DNA from: Psilocybe cubensis
Taxonomy: Eukaryota
DNA length: 64,000 nucleotides
Reading direction: 5' to 3'
NCBI GenBank assembly: GCA_017499595.2
Contig: CM039004.1
Span: 124,001-188,000 of the forward strand
Within the stretch, counting starts at the first letter, position 1; each line of letters starts with the position of its first letter. A program made the translations under genes and the position numbers. Below the pieces are notes generated by a model. The model had not been told where the DNA came from. It worked only from the letters and a program-made list of their open reading frames with translations, and did not search any database. Positions 61,201 through 64,000 of this stretch are shown here, in pieces.

Positions 61201-64000
61201 AGTGCCGCACGTCGCAATTCAGAAGTAGCACTCATAAAACTTAATAACAGCGGTGCACCGTAAACGCGTCAACATCCAACATCCAACATGCAAGCAAAAG
61301 GGCATACAGAACAGCCTCTGACTGACTCTGAACAACTCCTAAAACCGCGCGATCCCCATTCCCATTCCCATTTTCATTCCCATTCCCATTTTCATTCCGC
61401 AACATGCAGCTAGAGCTAGTACCACATTCTACTTTTCGCATTCCGCATCCCATATCCCGCATTACTCGTCTCGTCGCACGTTCCACATTGCACATTGCAC
61501 ATTGCAGATAGGGGCACCCACCCTCCATCTCTCCATCTCTCCGCCTGCCTATCCGTCTGTCTGTCTGATGTCTTCCCTTCCCTTCCTGTCTGTCGAGTCT
61601 GACATGGATTAAAATGTTAAATTTTAAATTTAAATGCCGGATCACACGTACGTTCGCGGGTAGCTCGTATGTGGAGGTATGCGGTATGAGGGCGAGAGAC
61701 GAGTCGCGGATGTTCCAGTTCTAAATCGTATTTGTATTCGTATTCGTATTCCACTTCCTATTCCACTTGCTATTCCTATTCCAGTTCTACTTCCGATTCT
61801 AAATCCCATTCTACTCCAAATCGCATTCGTATTCCCAATCTAATTCCAATTCCAATTCCGCTCCAGCTTCCGCTCTAATTCTACTGCCGGTTGTATTGGT
61901 AGCAATACAACATGTATGTTACGTGTACAACAACAAAGAACAAAGAACAAAGAACAAAGATGGAAGAAGAAAAAATTGGTTTTTCCAGAACTTCAATCTG
62001 CCTCTAGCTCTAGCTCTAACAGAACAACAACACTGAACAAGTCCGCGGAGACCGTATTTCATATTTTAAGTCTTGTATTATGTGTACATGTGAATGTGAA
62101 TGTAACTGGAAGTCGGAAGGCGGAGGTAACACCAACACTCACACCAACACAGACGGCGATCACAAGGGAATGAACATGCAAGTAAATGCAACTACAACTT
62201 GACCACATTGCCTCAAACATGTAAACATTTCAAATAAACTTTTATAAAATTATATATCAAAAGCTTGTGCAACAGCGAGTATATGAGTCAGCGAGTACAT
62301 GAGTCTGTCAAACCCAAGGCAGACTCCAGGAAAACTCCAGGCAGACTCAAGGAAAACTTGTCACTCCAGGAGTCAGAACCGACCGTGACATTCAGACGCA
62401 AACAAACAGACATATAAGGAAGAAGACAACACAAATACACAAACAAACGGCTAGATCATTAAAGCGTGGGAACTAACCTCGCCGTTCGCTTGACTTGCCA
62501 ATCTAACACCCAACACAATGATCAATCTATTCCAACGTATGTCTCCTGGAGGGGGCGAGGGGATTTTGCTCGAGTGCGAGGTTGAGGTCGAGGTCGGAGT
62601 CGAGGTCGGAGTCGGAGTTGAGGGAAGGTGTAAGGCCAAGCACACGGGCAAGGGACAGGGCAAGGGCAAGAAGGGTGGGGGCAATCGCGGGAACCTGAAT
62701 TCTGGAAACACACTCGAACAACACCCAATGTACTAGTACATGTCCATTAGCCTCGCAGAATAAGAGCTCTAATATCTATATTGTACCACGCCACCATCAT
62801 CAAAATGATATTAAATATTATGACTCTTGCCTTTCCCGCTTTTGTTTTTACCCTTTTCAAACGTCACTATCTTGCCGCGATAGTAGTAGTAATTATGTAC
62901 TAATTAGCAGTAGCAATAGTAGAGTTTAGGTCAGTGCGGAAGATAGTCGTGCGTCGGCGCTACGACCGAGCTAGCTAGTAAAATCCAATTTCCACTTTCC
63001 AGTATTCCTTTACACCTATATCATTTAAGCATGTATATGGTAGTTATTTATCTTTTTTGAAGCTGTGCCTAGTTACACTGATGATGGTCACACATTCCAG
63101 GTTCGGGGAGAATGTATATTACTTATAATTATTGTTATTCCCAGTACGATGCAGACCCCCTCGCATTTACGAGCTTAAGCTTAAGCTCAAGGTCCGGTCT
63201 CTCGTTGGAATATAATATGCAATGCTAATAGTCAAAGGAGTGTCACTCGTGTCAACGGTAGATTAAATCTCAACAAGGCACTACTTCCAATTCTAATTCG
63301 AAATCAGACAGATCGACTGGAACCTGCGAACCGTCGCAAGCTGAATGTGTGTCGACGTCGGACGACAACACGGTCAGGGGTACCGGGTACCGAGAATCCT
63401 GTTGAGATTATAATATGGGAAACTGTAGTACACATGCTGCACAGCAGCTAATAGCTGCAACACAGACACAGACCAATTGAAGCCAATAAATAGCTGCTCC
63501 TAGTGCGCATAGCTGACATAATTTCCACTTGTGTTTGTTTGTACATCAAATAATTCAGAGTTTCTCAATCCAAATGTCCTGTCCTGTCCTGTCCTGATAC
63601 ATATCTATCAAACAATAGTCAATACCCAATAATCACTACCCAACAAGGAAAATAAGTAAAAGTAAACTCACATATCCAAAAAGGATTAGCGTCCATATAT
63701 CAATTCCAATTCCAACTCTCCCCACTCAGTCGGACAGATTGCGATGGAGATATACATATATCTATCTGATGTCGATGTCTTCCATCGCCGACCAGAAGCA
63801 GAACCAGAACCGGAACCAGAACCAGAAGTCAGACTCGACCAGCATGGAACTTGAATTGGAAGCACCCTCGACATGACACGCCAATGTCGAGCCAGTCGTC
63901 CTCTTCCCAGGTCAACCGGCCCGACTTGCATCCCCCCGAGAAGAAAGAGATAAAAGACAACATGAATTCCAAAATGGGCAAGCAAGTTGCTTGTTTAAAA
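47000..64000. repeat. Microsatellite-saturated domain spanning the zinc-finger gene, its introns and both flanks
   Basis: Examples: (ATATGG)n at about 49280-49325, (GAAAAA)n at about 49415-49455, (CCCGCA/CCCGCG)n at about 54024-54108, A-tract at about 55216-55246, (CTTCA)n at about 58550-58592, (GAAAGTC)n at about 58690-58750, (GAGTC)n at about 59273-59298 and (GAACCA)n at about 63800-63826. Confidence 0.9.
50001..58526 (-). CDS. About 2074-aa low-complexity putative nuclear protein with four CxxC..WxxH.xxC zinc-finger-like repeats and a C-terminal winged-helix-like domain; 8 exons
   Basis: Exons 58526-58501, 58128-56965, 56568-55615, 55472-55257, 54782-53550, 53442-53314, 52768-50483 and 50217-50001 join in frame. 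Repeats: VTCETCGAAVSFRD..KHWEAHRGVC; LRSDPYVASFEAYRVLCANCDKWIRLRPNSTYCSIPWDAHRKSC; FTNDPDVRKFDPERVLCGLCDRWVPV..VWVRHREGC; LRADHLIGEVQPNRVFCSLCMKWVQLRQDSSYCAYPWIQHRNKC. NLS-like KRRRAKR and PKKKLRL. Exon 1 is the least certain. Confidence 0.85.

Overview
Intron-rich fungal DNA, most likely an agaric basidiomycete (introns mostly about 45-70 nt; Agaricales-type gene families). Gene models were spliced by eye. The window alternates between two kinds of terrain. (1) Accessory, microsatellite-poor blocks (about 1-22 kb and 30-47 kb). These hold a HET-domain protein, small secreted Cys-rich proteins, two paralogous multi-pass membrane genes, an Rcr1-like PY-motif membrane protein and an intron-containing tRNA-Arg(ACG). 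They also hold three non-autonomous TIR elements with TAT..ATA ends and 6-bp TSDs (two of them nested) and a double palindrome that fits a hairpin-type (hAT-like) excision footprint. Three of the genes carry single inactivating lesions. (2) Microsatellite-saturated blocks (about 22.5-30 kb and 47-64 kb) centred on two putative regulators: a MEF2-type MADS-box gene, and a roughly 2074-aa low-complexity protein with four CxxC..W..H...C zinc-finger-like repeats and a C-terminal MCM3-like winged helix. Most short ORFs in the six-frame track are spurious.
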